A stretch of DNA of 64,000 nucleotides from Parcubacteria group bacterium (lineage in GTDB: Bacteria; Patescibacteriota; Minisyncoccia; Moranbacterales; UBA9337). Where the stretch lies: contig JBAZSW010000007.1 of assembly GCA_041662245.1 (NCBI GenBank), positions 163-64,162 on the forward strand, in the 5' to 3' direction. The notes beneath the pieces are model-generated. The model was not told the origin of the DNA, did not search any database, and saw only the letters and a program-made list of their open reading frames with translations. A program made the position numbers and the translations under genes. Each line of letters opens with the position of its first letter. The stretch's first letter is position 1. Positions 26,765 to 37,156 of this stretch are shown one piece after another.

Positions 26765-29374
26765 ATGGACATAAATAAATTCACCCAAAAAAGTCAAGAA
26801 GCACTAAGAGGGGCACAAGAAATTGCTTCGGCTAAAAATCAACAGCAAATAGATGGTCTTCATTTGTTGAGTTCTTTAATTTTACAAGCAGATTCAATTG
26901 TAGCGACAGTTTTAAGTAAGTTGGAAGTTCCTCTGGATAAATTAAAATTGGATGTAGATAAACAGATAGATAAACTGCCTAGAACTCAAAACTATCAAGG
27001 GGGACAAGTTTTTATTTCTCAAACAGTGGGAAGAATTTTAGATCAAGCTGAAAAAGAAATGCAAAAAATGGGAGATGAATTCGTTTCTACGGAGCATCTC
27101 TTTTTGGCGTTAATGGCTAATCCGCCTTTTGATAAATATTTAATTACCTATGGAATTGATTACGATAAAACCTTAAGAGTATTATCGTTGGCTCGAGGCA
27201 ATCAAAGAGTAGATAGTATTAATCCTGAAGAAAAATTTCAGTCTTTAGAAAAGTATACAATTAATTTTACCAAGTTGGCTCGAGAAGAAAAACTTGATCC
27301 TGTAATTGGAAGAGATGAAGAAATCCGAAGAGTGATTCAAGTTTTAAGTCGTAGAACTAAAAATAATCCAGTTTTAATCGGAGAGGCAGGAACAGGTAAA
27401 ACGGCTATCGTAGAGGGGTTAGCTCAGCGAATTATTGCGGGAGATATATCTGAAAATCTTAAAGATAAAGAAATTGTTAGTTTAGATTTAGGTGCACTTT
27501 TGGCGGGAGCAAAATTTAGAGGATCTTTTGAAGAAAGACTGAAGGCAATTTTAAAAGAAATAGAAAGTTCCTCTGGAAAGTATATTATTTTTATCGATGA
27601 ATTGCATACGCTAATAGGCGCAGGTGCAATGGAGGGGGCGTTAGATGCTTCCAACATGCTTAAGCCAATGCTGGCTCGAGGAAAAATGCGTACTATTGGA
27701 GCGACGACGACAAAAGAATATCAAAAATATATCGAAAAAGATGCTGCGCTTGAAAGGAGGTTTCAGCCAGTGCTAATTGCTGAACCATCAGAGGAAGATG
27801 CTATTGCAATTTTACGAGGAATAAAAGAAAAATATGAACTTCATCATGGAATAAAAATAACCGATGCGGCTATTATAGCAGCTGTAAAACTGTCCAAACG
27901 TTACATTACTGATAGATTTTTACCAGATAAAGCTGTTGATTTGATTGACGAAGCCGCTTCATCGTTACGAATTGAAATCGACTCTCGTCCTACGGAGGTA
28001 GATCAATTGGAAAGAAAAATCAGAAGACTGGAAATTGAGAGTAAAGCTTTAAAAAAAGAAAAAAGCGAAAAGGCTAAAGAAAAAGTTTTTCAAATTAGTA
28101 AAAATTTGGCTGAATTGAAAGAGAGATCTAAAAAATTAACTTTGCAATGGCAAGGGGAAAAAGATTTGATTACAGCTAGCAGAAAACACAAAGAAGAGAT
28201 TGACAAATTAAAATCAGAATCGGAAATGCTAGAAAGGAATGGCGAATTAGATAAAGTAGCGGAGATTCGTTATGGAAAAATTCCAGATTTAGAAAAGAAA
28301 ATTAAAGAAGAGTCAGCTAAATTGGCTAGATTGCAAAAAAACGGGGCTATTTTGAAAGAAGAAATTACCGAAGAAGATATCGCACAAGTAGTAGCACGTT
28401 GGACAGGAATTCCAGTTTCAAAAATGCTTCAAAGTGAAATTAAAAAACTGGCAAAGCTAGAGGAATTTTTAGCTTTGCGCGTGATTGGACAAGAGGAAGC
28501 GATAAAGGCCGTTTCCAATGCAGTGCGTCGTTCTAGGGCAGGAATATCCGAGGAAAGTCGTCCTATCGGTTCTTTTATTTTTTTAGGGCCTACGGGAGTA
28601 GGAAAAACAGAATTGGCTAAATCTTTAACAGAGGCATTATTTGACGATGAAAAGGCATTGGTACGATTAGATATGAGTGAGTTTATGGAAGCGCATTCTA
28701 CTGCCAAATTAATCGGCTCTCCTCCTGGATATATAGGATATGATGAGGGTGGACAGTTAACAGAAATAGTCAGAAGAAGACCTTATAGCGTGATTTTATT
28801 TGATGAAATAGAAAAAGCTCACCCTCAGATTTTTAATATTTTATTGCAAATTCTTGATGACGGACGTTTAACTGATGCTAAAGGAAGGACGGTCAGCTTT
28901 AAAAATGTAGTAATTATTATGACTTCTAACGTAGGATCAGATATTATCTACAAAAATAGTACGCTGGGATTTAGCGGTAAGAATAATCGCTCAGAGAAAA
29001 TAAAAGAATTAGAGATGCGAGAAAGAGTGCTGGGAGAATTAAGAAATAATTTTAAACCAGAATTTCTCAATCGAATAGATGAGATAATAATTTTTCATTC
29101 CTTAGATAAAAAGATGCTGGCTAAAATAGTGGAGTTACAACTAGCGCTTATTAAGACAAGATTAATCAAAAAAGATATTGAACTAAGCATTTCAAATGAA
29201 GTTAGCAAATATTTAACCCAAAAAGGTTTTGATCCAGTTTACGGAGCTAGACCCTTAAAGAGAGTTATCCAAAATGATATTTTAGACGAGTTGGCTCTAA
29301 AAATTATTGAAGGTAAGATTAAAAATGGCAAAGCGTCAGTTGATTTGAAGGGAAATAAAATTGTAATAAAATAA
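26765..29374 (+). CDS. clpB: ATP-dependent chaperone ClpB
   Basis: 869 aa. Two AAA+ modules (GEAGTGKTAIVEGLA, GPTGVGKTELAKSL) and the long M-domain coiled-coil typical of ClpB. Confidence 0.95.
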   Translation: MDINKFTQKSQEALRGAQEIASAKNQQQIDGLHLLSSLILQADSIVATVLSKLEVPLDKLKLDVDKQIDKLPRTQNYQGGQVFISQTVGRILDQAEKEMQKMGDEFVSTEHLFLALMANPPFDKYLITYGIDYDKTLRVLSLARGNQRVDSINPEEKFQSLEKYTINFTKLAREEKLDPVIGRDEEIRRVIQVLSRRTKNNPVLIGEAGTGKTAIVEGLAQRIIAGDISENLKDKEIVSLDLGALLAGAKFRGSFEERLKAILKEIESSSGKYIIFIDELHTLIGAGAMEGALDASNMLKPMLARGKMRTIGATTTKEYQKYIEKDAALERRFQPVLIAEPSEEDAIAILRGIKEKYELHHGIKITDAAIIAAVKLSKRYITDRFLPDKAVDLIDEAASSLRIEIDSRPTEVDQLERKIRRLEIESKALKKEKSEKAKEKVFQISKNLAELKERSKKLTLQWQGEKDLITASRKHKEEIDKLKSESEMLERNGELDKVAEIRYGKIPDLEKKIKEESAKLARLQKNGAILKEEITEEDIAQVVARWTGIPVSKMLQSEIKKLAKLEEFLALRVIGQEEAIKAVSNAVRRSRAGISEESRPIGSFIFLGPTGVGKTELAKSLTEALFDDEKALVRLDMSEFMEAHSTAKLIGSPPGYIGYDEGGQLTEIVRRRPYSVILFDEIEKAHPQIFNILLQILDDGRLTDAKGRTVSFKNVVIIMTSNVGSDIIYKNSTLGFSGKNNRSEKIKELEMRERVLGELRNNFKPEFLNRIDEIIIFHSLDKKMLAKIVELQLALIKTRLIKKDIELSISNEVSKYLTQKGFDPVYGARPLKRVIQNDILDELALKIIEGKIKNGKASVDLKGNKIVIK

Positions 29375-29582
29375 AGCAAAGGGGTTGGCTTAATTTAAAA
29401 AAGATGCTATAAATTAAATAGTAGCTTTGCTTTTATTTGGAGAGCCATAGTTGAATCAATCGTTCTGCTTATTAATTTTTTTGATAAATTGACAAAAATG
29501 AATACACTTTTAGATGATTTTATTAAAAAGACCCTTTGGATTTGGTTGCCTTTTTTTGCATGTTATCGCTTAACCAAAGAGC

Positions 29583-30014
29583 TTGCGAATAAATTGGATG
29601 AAAAAAAATAATAAATCTGACATCTTTTTTAATATAAATTTACTCCTAGTAGTTATTTGGATGGGGGTAATTTTTTATTTTTCATCTCTTCAGGGGGACG
29701 GGGTAAAATATAATCCACCCTTGTGGTTTTTTATTGAGAGAAAAGGTGCTCATATTGGTGAGTATTTTATCTTAGTTTTATTTTTAATAAAATTCTTTAT
29801 TAAAAGATATTCTAATTTAAAAGATATATTTGTTATCTCAGCTTTGGTGGCTCTTCTATATGCTTTTACGGATGAGATTCATCAACTATTTGTTTTTGGC
29901 AGAGAAGGGAAGATAACTGATGTAGGATTTGATTTTATTGGAATAAGTTTAGGAATTGTAATAGCATGGTTGTTTTTTAAGATAAAGAAAAGGAAATTAT
30001 CTAGTAAGTTATAA
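29583..30014 (+). CDS. VanZ-like family membrane protein
   Basis: ALLYAFTDEIHQLFVFGREGKITDVGFDFIGISLG matches the VanZ DExHQ motif. The start is probably the internal MKKNNK. Confidence 0.65.
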   Translation: MRINWMKKNNKSDIFFNINLLLVVIWMGVIFYFSSLQGDGVKYNPPLWFFIERKGAHIGEYFILVLFLIKFFIKRYSNLKDIFVISALVALLYAFTDEIHQLFVFGREGKITDVGFDFIGISLGIVIAWLFFKIKKRKLSSKL

Positions 30015-30121
30015 TAGGATATTCTTTCCTTTCCTTTTGGCAAGTGTTATAATAATTTCAATTGAGTTAATGTTTGATGGTACTCATGTTAGTTTTGATT
30101 TAGATTGATTAAATAAATTTT

Positions 30122-31168
30122 TTGATGCGTATTATGTTAGAAAAAATTAAAAAAATTAAAAAGGAGGCTATTGGCAATATAAATAATACTAATTCAATAA
30201 ATGAATTGGAAGATTTGCGCATCAATTACCTGGGTAAAAAAAGCGAATTTAATCAGATTTTAAAAGGCCTAAAGGATTTGACTGAAGAAGAGAAAAAAAA
30301 GGTAGGACCAATGGCCAATGAAGTCAAAAAAGAAATTCAAGAAACTTTAGAAAAAAGAATATTAGATTTGGAAGATTTAGTAGACATGGAAAAGGAATGG
30401 ATTGATGTAACCGCTCCTGGCAAAAAGATAAAAAGAGGACACTTACATCCTATTACTATTGTTCAAAGAGATATTGAAGATATCTTTACTTCGATGGGAT
30501 TTGAAATTGCTGATGGCCCAGAAGTGGAGAGTGAATTTTATAATTTTGATGCAGTTAATGTCCCTGCTGATCATCCTGGCCGTGATATGCAAGATACTTT
30601 TTGGATTAGTAAAGACGAGGATAGGGAAAAAGGAACAGGAACGGTTTTACGGACTCAAACCTCTTCAGTTCAAGTGCGTTATATGCAAACTCATAAGCCA
30701 CCCTTTCGCATAATCATTCCTGGCAGAGTTTTCCGTCAAGAGGCGACTGATGCTAGCCATGAGCATACCTTTCATCAATTTGAAGCTTTGGTGGTAGGAA
30801 AAAAAGTGAGTGTAGCTAATTTTCTTTATATTGCCGAAACATTTTTCTCCCAGTTCTTTGGTAAGAAATTAAATGTACGTTTGCGACCTAGTTATTTTCC
30901 TTTCGTGGAACCCGGTTTTGAGTTTGATATTAGTTGTGCTAATTGTGATGGAAAAGGTTGCAGTGCTTGCAAACAAACCGGTTGGTTGGAAGTGGGTGGA
31001 GCAGGAATGGTGCATCAAAATGTATTTGAAGCAGCTGGATATGAAAAGGGAATTTATCAAGGATTTGCTTGGGGATTTGGGCTAGAGAGACTGGCTATGA
31101 TGAAATATAAGATTGATGATATCAGACATTTTCATGGAGGGGATGTGCGGTTTACGAGGCAATTTTAG
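30122..31168 (+). CDS. pheS: Phenylalanine--tRNA ligase alpha subunit
   Basis: HPGRDMQDTFW, FRIIIPGRVFRQE, GFAWGFGLERLAMM are class II aaRS motifs 1-3 of PheS. Confidence 0.95.
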   Translation: MMRIMLEKIKKIKKEAIGNINNTNSINELEDLRINYLGKKSEFNQILKGLKDLTEEEKKKVGPMANEVKKEIQETLEKRILDLEDLVDMEKEWIDVTAPGKKIKRGHLHPITIVQRDIEDIFTSMGFEIADGPEVESEFYNFDAVNVPADHPGRDMQDTFWISKDEDREKGTGTVLRTQTSSVQVRYMQTHKPPFRIIIPGRVFRQEATDASHEHTFHQFEALVVGKKVSVANFLYIAETFFSQFFGKKLNVRLRPSYFPFVEPGFEFDISCANCDGKGCSACKQTGWLEVGGAGMVHQNVFEAAGYEKGIYQGFAWGFGLERLAMMKYKIDDIRHFHGGDVRFTRQF

Positions 31169-31207
31169 GATAGTAACTAGTAATCAGTAACTAGTAACTA
31201 GTATTAA
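31169..31207. repeat. Left arm of the heptamer (TAGTAAC)n inverted repeat flanking the four-helix-bundle gene
   Basis: gatagtaactagtaatcagtaactagtaactagtatt. It is reverse-complementary (about 29 of 33 positions) to 31606-31650. Confidence 0.75.
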
Positions 31208-31217
31208 TGTAAATGAT

Positions 31218-31589
31218 ATGAATAAAATAAATAATTTTTATGATTTGGATGCTTGGAAAAAGGGACATTTGCTGGTATTGGAGATTTATCAGATCACTGA
31301 CAATTTTCCTAGAAATGAAATTTATGGAATAATAAGCCAAATAAGGAGAGCAGCTAGTTCGATAACTGCAAATATTGCTGAAGGGTTTGCAAGATATCAT
31401 TTTAAGGATAAGATTAAATTTTATTATAATTCGAGAGGATCTGCAGCGGAGGTTCAGAATTTCTTATTTTTAGCTAAGGATTTAAACCATATTGACGAAG
31501 AAAGATTTAAAAAATTAGAAGAAAAAACAAATGAAGTTGGAAAATTAATAAATGGATTAATCCGATCAACGGAGAGACAAATAAAATAA
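31218..31589 (+). CDS. Four-helix-bundle protein of the 23S rRNA intervening-sequence (IVS) protein family
   Basis: DLDAWKKGHLLVLEIYQITDNFPRNEIYGIISQIRRAASSITANIAEGFARYHFKDKIKFYYNSRGSAAEVQNFL is characteristic of TIGR02436/PF05635 IVS proteins. Confidence 0.75.
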   Translation: MNKINNFYDLDAWKKGHLLVLEIYQITDNFPRNEIYGIISQIRRAASSITANIAEGFARYHFKDKIKFYYNSRGSAAEVQNFLFLAKDLNHIDEERFKKLEEKTNEVGKLINGLIRSTERQIK

Positions 31590-31605
31590 AAAATAATTAG
31601 TTTAA

Positions 31606-31650
31606 TCATAAATTACTAGTTACTAATTACGAGTTACTAGTTACTAACGT
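31606..31650. repeat. Right arm of the heptamer inverted repeat
   Basis: aaattactagttactaattacgagttactagttactaacg. Its reverse complement is tagtaactagtaactcgtaattagtaactagtaa. Confidence 0.75.
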
Positions 31651-31652
31651 AC

Positions 31653-34034
31653 ATGCTATTCAGTTACAATTGGCTTAAGGAATTAAGTGAAACAAAAAGA
31701 ACACCTGAAGAAATTGGAAAGGATTTAACTTTGCACAGTTTTGAGGTGGAAAAAATAGAAAAACTTGGACAAGGTTTGGAAATGGTTGTGATTGGTAAAG
31801 TTTTGGAAGTGGTTAAACATCCTAACGCCAATAAGTTAAATGTGGCTAAAGTTAATGTGGCTAAGGAAAATGAGCCTGATAATATTTTACAGATTGTATG
31901 CGGGGCACCTAATCTAGCTGAGGGACAAAAAGTACCTGTAGCTTTGGTGGGTGCAGTTTTGCCTAGTAATTTTGAAATAAAGGAAGCAGAAATTCGGGGG
32001 ATAAAATCATCGGGAATGATTTGTGCTGAAGATGAATTAGGAATTGGCGAATATCACAATGGAATTATGGTTTTAGATGAAAATGCGCCAGTAGGAGAGA
32101 AATTTGTCGAGTTTATGAATTTGAACGATAATATTTTAGAAATAGATGTCCTTCCTAATCGTGCTCATGATGCACTTAGTTATGAAGGAGTTGCACGCGA
32201 GATTGCACTTTTAGAAAAAAGAAATATTTTAAATGAAAACAAAAAGATAGCTGATGAGTTTACAGTTGATAATAATTTGAAAATTTCAATTGAAACAGAA
32301 AAATGCTCACGTTATATCGGAGCTAAAATTGTTGGCATTAAAATTATTGACTCGCCTGATTGGATTAAAAATAGATTGAGAGCTTCGGGCCTAGTTTCTA
32401 TCAACAATGTAGTTGATATTACAAATTATGTAATGTTGGAAACAGGACAACCTTTACATGCTTTCGATGCTAAAGGAATCAATGAGATAAAAGTAAAAAT
32501 GGCTAAAAATGGAGAAAAACTAGCTATTTTAAATGGTGAAGAGATAGCCCTAAGAGAAAATGATATTGTTATTACTGATGGAAACAATCCGATTGCCCTA
32601 GCGGGAGTAATGGGCGGATTGGAAAGTGGGATTGCGAATGAGACTACGGAAATTATTTTAGAAGGAGCTAATTTTGATGCGGTGAGTATCCGCAAGACAA
32701 AATATAGTCATAATATTCAATCAGATGCAGCTTATCGTTACGAGAGGGATATTGACGTTAATCTTACCGAAAGAGCAATGTTAAAAGCGCTTAAGTTAAT
32801 AATGGAAGTAACAGGAGGAGAAATAAAAGCTATCAGTGATAATTATCCCAATGAAATAAAATCTTGGGAAATTAAATTGGAATTAGAAAAAATTGCCAAG
32901 CTTTTAGGCGTAGAAATTCCATTAGAAGAAATAATTGATATTCTAGAAAAACTAGGAATAAAAGTTTCAAGAGAGGAAAATATTTTAAGTTGCTTAATTC
33001 CCACTCGGAGAATTGATTTGAAAAATCAGGAGGATTTAATTGAAGAAATTGGGAGAGTTTTTGGCTATACTAAAATTTTAACTAAACCTCTAAATGAAAA
33101 AATTCAAGCTCCTCATAAAAATGAAGAGCGAGAATTGGAAAGGGTATTGAAAGATATTATGGTTCACAGTGGTTTTGATGAAATCAAGGGATATTCTTTT
33201 TATTCACGAAAGGATGCTAAAACGCTAGGATTAAATGATGAAAATCACATATCTTTAATCAACCCCATGAATCCTGATCAGGAATTAATTCGTAGGACTT
33301 TAGTTAGTGGACTTTTGCGATCAGCTAAAAAAAGTTTAAGTTATTATGAAAATATTGCCATTTTTGATATGGGAAAAGTTTATGTTCCTAGTAGCAATTC
33401 ATTGCCTGAAGAAAAATTAATTCTAAGTGCTTTAATTGTAGAAAAAGGAAATGATGGAGAACAATTTTTTACTTTGAAGGGAGTTGTGGAAAATTTATTG
33501 ACCAAGATTAAAATTTTTGATATAAAATTTTCAGGTGAGTTTGATGAAGATAAAGAAGATGTAATATCTTTTCACCCTTCTCGAAAAGCCATTATCAGAA
33601 ATAGCCAAGGAGTAAAATTGGGAGTTATCGGTGAAATAACCAAGAGTGCTCATAAATATTTTGGAATTAAAAAAATGCGAGCTTGTGTTTTTGAATTGGA
33701 TGCAGTAGCTATGTTAAAAGAAATTACTCGCGAAAAAATTTATACGCCACTTGCTAAATTTCCAGCTGTTAATCGTGACATCTCCATGGTGGTGGATAAA
33801 AGAATGGTGACTTCAAAAGTAGCGGAGGTGATAGTTTTCTTTGGGGGAGATTTATTGCAAGATGTGACTTTATTTGATACCTTTATAAACCCTGAAACCA
33901 AAGAGCGTTCCATGGCTTTTCATCTAATTTTTGCTCATCCCGAAAGGACTTTGACTGCTCAAGAAGTGGACGATAAAATTGAAGAAATTAGTGCCAAGTT
34001 AGAAGAAGAATTGAAGGTGGTGATAAAGAAATAA
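31653..34034 (+). CDS. pheT: Phenylalanine--tRNA ligase beta subunit
   Basis: 793 aa. N-terminal tRNA-binding domain (VVIGKVLEVVKHPNANKLNVAKVNV), B3/B4, B5 and FDX-ACB regions. Confidence 0.93.
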   Translation: MLFSYNWLKELSETKRTPEEIGKDLTLHSFEVEKIEKLGQGLEMVVIGKVLEVVKHPNANKLNVAKVNVAKENEPDNILQIVCGAPNLAEGQKVPVALVGAVLPSNFEIKEAEIRGIKSSGMICAEDELGIGEYHNGIMVLDENAPVGEKFVEFMNLNDNILEIDVLPNRAHDALSYEGVAREIALLEKRNILNENKKIADEFTVDNNLKISIETEKCSRYIGAKIVGIKIIDSPDWIKNRLRASGLVSINNVVDITNYVMLETGQPLHAFDAKGINEIKVKMAKNGEKLAILNGEEIALRENDIVITDGNNPIALAGVMGGLESGIANETTEIILEGANFDAVSIRKTKYSHNIQSDAAYRYERDIDVNLTERAMLKALKLIMEVTGGEIKAISDNYPNEIKSWEIKLELEKIAKLLGVEIPLEEIIDILEKLGIKVSREENILSCLIPTRRIDLKNQEDLIEEIGRVFGYTKILTKPLNEKIQAPHKNEERELERVLKDIMVHSGFDEIKGYSFYSRKDAKTLGLNDENHISLINPMNPDQELIRRTLVSGLLRSAKKSLSYYENIAIFDMGKVYVPSSNSLPEEKLILSALIVEKGNDGEQFFTLKGVVENLLTKIKIFDIKFSGEFDEDKEDVISFHPSRKAIIRNSQGVKLGVIGEITKSAHKYFGIKKMRACVFELDAVAMLKEITREKIYTPLAKFPAVNRDISMVVDKRMVTSKVAEVIVFFGGDLLQDVTLFDTFINPETKERSMAFHLIFAHPERTLTAQEVDDKIEEISAKLEEELKVVIKK

Positions 34035-34189
34035 ATTATTTCAATAAAGGTTCTTTAAATAAAAAAAGATTTATTGGCTGGGTGTTTAATATTTGCATAT
34101 TATATTTTTTAGTAAATAAATATTAAGCACCAACGGGGTGTCTTAATGGAGGATGAAATTATTATCAATTTTACCAAGGAGCAAGTTCT

Positions 34190-34390
34190 ATGACAGTGCT
34201 AATAAAAAAACAATGTTCCCAATGTAAAAAAAAGATGGATACCATTGAGGAAGTTGTAAGTTGCGTTTATTGTGGAGGTGCATTGCATACACTCTTGGGT
34301 GTATGTTCACCCATAAGAAAGTCTTCCAAAAAGAAGAAGACTCGAGGAAACAGACATAGCAGTGTGCGAGAAATCGAAATAAGGGCTTGA
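34190..34390 (+). CDS. Small zinc-ribbon protein (CxxC...CxxCGG)
   Basis: RBS aaggag. MTVLIKKQCSQCKKKMDTIEEVVSCVYCGGALH... with a basic tail. Followed by an intrinsic terminator. The antisense ORF 34188..34448 is rejected. Confidence 0.5.
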   Translation: MTVLIKKQCSQCKKKMDTIEEVVSCVYCGGALHTLLGVCSPIRKSSKKKKTRGNRHSSVREIEIRA

Positions 34391-34404
34391 TAATACAATT
34401 TCTT

Positions 34405-34452
34405 CCCACACAGAAATTACAAGGGTGCTGATCTAACAAGATTGGCACCCTT
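34405..34452 (+). terminator. Rho-independent terminator
   Basis: aagggtgctgatctaacaagattggcacccttacttatttttt. Confidence 0.6.
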
Positions 34453-34673
34453 ACTTATTTTTTAAGGGGAGGATAAAATTAAGTAACGATTAAAAAGATA
34501 GAAATATGAATAATAATTAAGAAAATTGATAATTTTAGATTAGGTGATTAAATATAAATAGGGGGTTTCTCTACAATAAATGGCATTTGATTTAATTATA
34601 TCTTGGGTGTTATAATGGTTTTGTGAGTTTACTAAAGAAGAGAGAATTAATTATTGGGAAATAAAAATAAATT

Positions 34674-36002
34674 ATGAAAAATCTAAGAAAGCAGGATCCA
34701 AAGATTTATAATGCGATTAAAAACGAAATTAAAAGGCAAGAAGATGGATTGGAGCTTATTCCTTCTGAGATTGCTGCTTCAATTCCTGTAATGGAAGCTT
34801 TGGGGTCAGTAATGACTAACAAATACAGCGAAGGCTATCCTTTTAAAAGATATTATGGTGGACAAGAAAACACGGATATTATAGAAAATTTAGCTATCGA
34901 AAGAGCTAAAAAAATATTTGGCGTGCCTCATGTAAATGTGCAACCTTATTCAGGTAGTCCTGCGAATTTTGCAGTGTATGTGGCTACTTGTAATCCGGGA
35001 GATACTGTTTTGGGTCAAAATCTTCCCGATGGAGGACATTTAACTCATGGATGGAATGCTAGTGCTACCAGCAAATTTTTTAATACTATCTTATATCATG
35101 TAAAATCAGATGGTTACCTAGATTTAAAAGAAATACAAGAATTAGCCATTAAACATAAACCAAAATTAATTTGGGTAGGAGCTACGGCTTATGTAAGAGA
35201 ATTTCCTTTTAAGGAATTGGCTAAAATTGCTGATAGTGTAGGGGCTTATTTAGCGGCCGATATTGCTCACATCGCAGGATTAGTTGTTGCGGGAGCGCAT
35301 AAGAGCCCTGTGAAATATGCGCATATTATTACGACTACTACTCATAAGACATTGCGTGGTCCTCGAGGAGGAATGATTATGGTTACTAAAAAAGGATTGA
35401 AAAAAGATCCAGAGTTATCTAAAAAAATTGATAGAGCAATTTTCCCCAATCTTCAAGGGGGACCACACAATCATCAAACAGCAGCCATTGCCGTAACCCT
35501 AGGTGAAGCGATGAAACCTGCTTTTAAAAAATGGGGAATGCAAGTGGTAAAAAATGCCAAAGCATTAGCTAACGAATTGACTAAAAAGGGGGTGAAGTTA
35601 GTTAGTGGAGGAACGGATAATCATATGATGCTTATTGATTGTGGAAAAGGAAGAGGGATATTTTTACAAGAGGCTTTTGATAAAGCAGGAATGACGGTTA
35701 ATAAAAACACTATTCCAGCCGATCCATCATCTCCTTTTTATCCAAGCGGAGTGAGATTAGGAACTCCTTTTATAACTGTGCGTAATATGAAAGAAAAAGA
35801 GATGAAAAAAATTGCTACTTGGATGCAAATTGTCATAGAAGAAATAAAAGAATTTGATTTTCCCGAGGACAAAAAAGATTTTCCTCAATATATGAAAAAA
35901 TTCAGAACTTTTATTGGAAAAAATAAAAAAATAAAGGAAGTCCGTAGCGAAATTAAAGCTATGTGCAAAAAATTTCCAGTGTATCAGGATTTAAAGTGGT
36001 AA
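34674..36002 (+). CDS. glyA: Serine hydroxymethyltransferase
   Basis: LELIPSE, GYPFKRYYGG and TTTTHKTLRGPRGG (PLP lysine) are the canonical SHMT motifs. The promoter TTGATT-17-TGtTATAAT lies at about 34595-34630. Confidence 0.95.
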   Translation: MKNLRKQDPKIYNAIKNEIKRQEDGLELIPSEIAASIPVMEALGSVMTNKYSEGYPFKRYYGGQENTDIIENLAIERAKKIFGVPHVNVQPYSGSPANFAVYVATCNPGDTVLGQNLPDGGHLTHGWNASATSKFFNTILYHVKSDGYLDLKEIQELAIKHKPKLIWVGATAYVREFPFKELAKIADSVGAYLAADIAHIAGLVVAGAHKSPVKYAHIITTTTHKTLRGPRGGMIMVTKKGLKKDPELSKKIDRAIFPNLQGGPHNHQTAAIAVTLGEAMKPAFKKWGMQVVKNAKALANELTKKGVKLVSGGTDNHMMLIDCGKGRGIFLQEAFDKAGMTVNKNTIPADPSSPFYPSGVRLGTPFITVRNMKEKEMKKIATWMQIVIEEIKEFDFPEDKKDFPQYMKKFRTFIGKNKKIKEVRSEIKAMCKKFPVYQDLKW

Positions 36003-36050
36003 ATTAATGGTATAAAATTAGAAACACAATTAGTATGTGTTTCTACAAAG

Positions 36051-36121
36051 CGGGATGTAGTATAGTGGTAGTACGCAAGGCTGGGGGTCTTGTAGTCCGA
36101 GTTCGATTCTCGGCATCCCGA
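36051..36121 (+). tRNA. tRNA-Pro(GGG)
   Basis: CGGGATGTAGTATAGTGGTAGTACGCAAGGCTGGGGGTCTTGTAGTCCGAGTTCGATTCTCGGCATCCCGA. Anticodon loop CTGGGGG with U33, GGG at 34-36, G37. 7 bp acceptor stem. No CCA encoded. Confidence 0.8.
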
Positions 36122-36147
36122 CGTAATAGAATTAAGAATGAGGAATT

Positions 36148-36966
36148 ATGACTAGCAAAAAAAATAAGATAAAAGGAATAATCTTAGCAGGTGGAACGGC
36201 TACTCGTCTTTTTCCAATGACGGCCACAACCAGCAAGCAACTTTTACCAGTTTATGATAAACAAATGATTTTTTATCCTCTGAATACTTTGGTAACTGCG
36301 GGAATAAGGGACATTTTAATTATTGTTGCCCCAGAGCATAGCGGACAATTTTTAAATTTATTGGGTTCTTTATTTAGAAAATATGACATCCACATTTCCT
36401 TTGAAGTACAATCTGTCCCAAGAGGGTTAGCTGAGGCCTTGGTCTTGGGAGAAAATCATATCGGAGATGGTAGTGTGGCATTGATATTGGGAGATAATAT
36501 TTTTGAAAATAATTTTTCTTCTCAAATCAAATCTTTTAAATCAGGTGGACATATTTTTGCTAAAAAAGTTGTTGATCCTGAGAGATTTGGAGTAGTAAAA
36601 TTTAACAAAAATAATCGAGCCGTAGAGATTGTTGAAAAGCCCAATAATTGGATTAGCGATTATGCGGTTACAGGCTTGTATCTATATGATAATCAATCAG
36701 TAGAGATTGCTAAAAAAATGAAACCTTCCAAGCGAGGAGAAATTGAAATTACGGATATAAATAAGTATTATTTAAAGAAAAAAAAGTTGGAAGTCACATT
36801 GTTTGATGGAGAATGGCTGGATGCCGGAACTCCTGACTCATTATTGGAAGCTAGTCAAATAGTAAAAGAAAAAGGAATTTCAAAGAATTTTCATCCAATT
36901 TTAAAAAAAGCCATTGAAGAATTTAACGAAGAATTAAAAATAAGGTCAAAAAAGAAATTACAGTAG
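36148..36966 (+). CDS. rfbA: Glucose-1-phosphate thymidylyltransferase
   Basis: IKGIILAGGTATRLFPMTATTSKQLLPVYDKQMIFYPL is the RmlA N-terminus. Confidence 0.9.
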   Translation: MTSKKNKIKGIILAGGTATRLFPMTATTSKQLLPVYDKQMIFYPLNTLVTAGIRDILIIVAPEHSGQFLNLLGSLFRKYDIHISFEVQSVPRGLAEALVLGENHIGDGSVALILGDNIFENNFSSQIKSFKSGGHIFAKKVVDPERFGVVKFNKNNRAVEIVEKPNNWISDYAVTGLYLYDNQSVEIAKKMKPSKRGEIEITDINKYYLKKKKLEVTLFDGEWLDAGTPDSLLEASQIVKEKGISKNFHPILKKAIEEFNEELKIRSKKKLQ

Positions 36967-37156
36967 CAAATAGTAATTTGCTCAATTTCAAATTTTGAAT
37001 TTAAAATTTCCAATGAATTTCTAATGGATAAATGATTGAATTTAAGAAAATAAAATTTGATAATACATTTTAAAATAGTTAATAAATATAATTAAATAAA
37101 CATTAAAAATTATAATTTGATTCGAAATTCAAAACTCGAAATTCAAAATTATTTCA

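Noticed and set aside
30459-31085. Small ORFs inside pheS on both strands
   Set aside because: Embedded in the well-conserved pheS reading frame.
36022-36045. Hairpin gaaacaca...gtgtttc after glyA as a terminator
   Set aside because: No downstream U-run, and it sits only 5 nt before tRNA-Pro. More likely part of the tRNA precursor leader.
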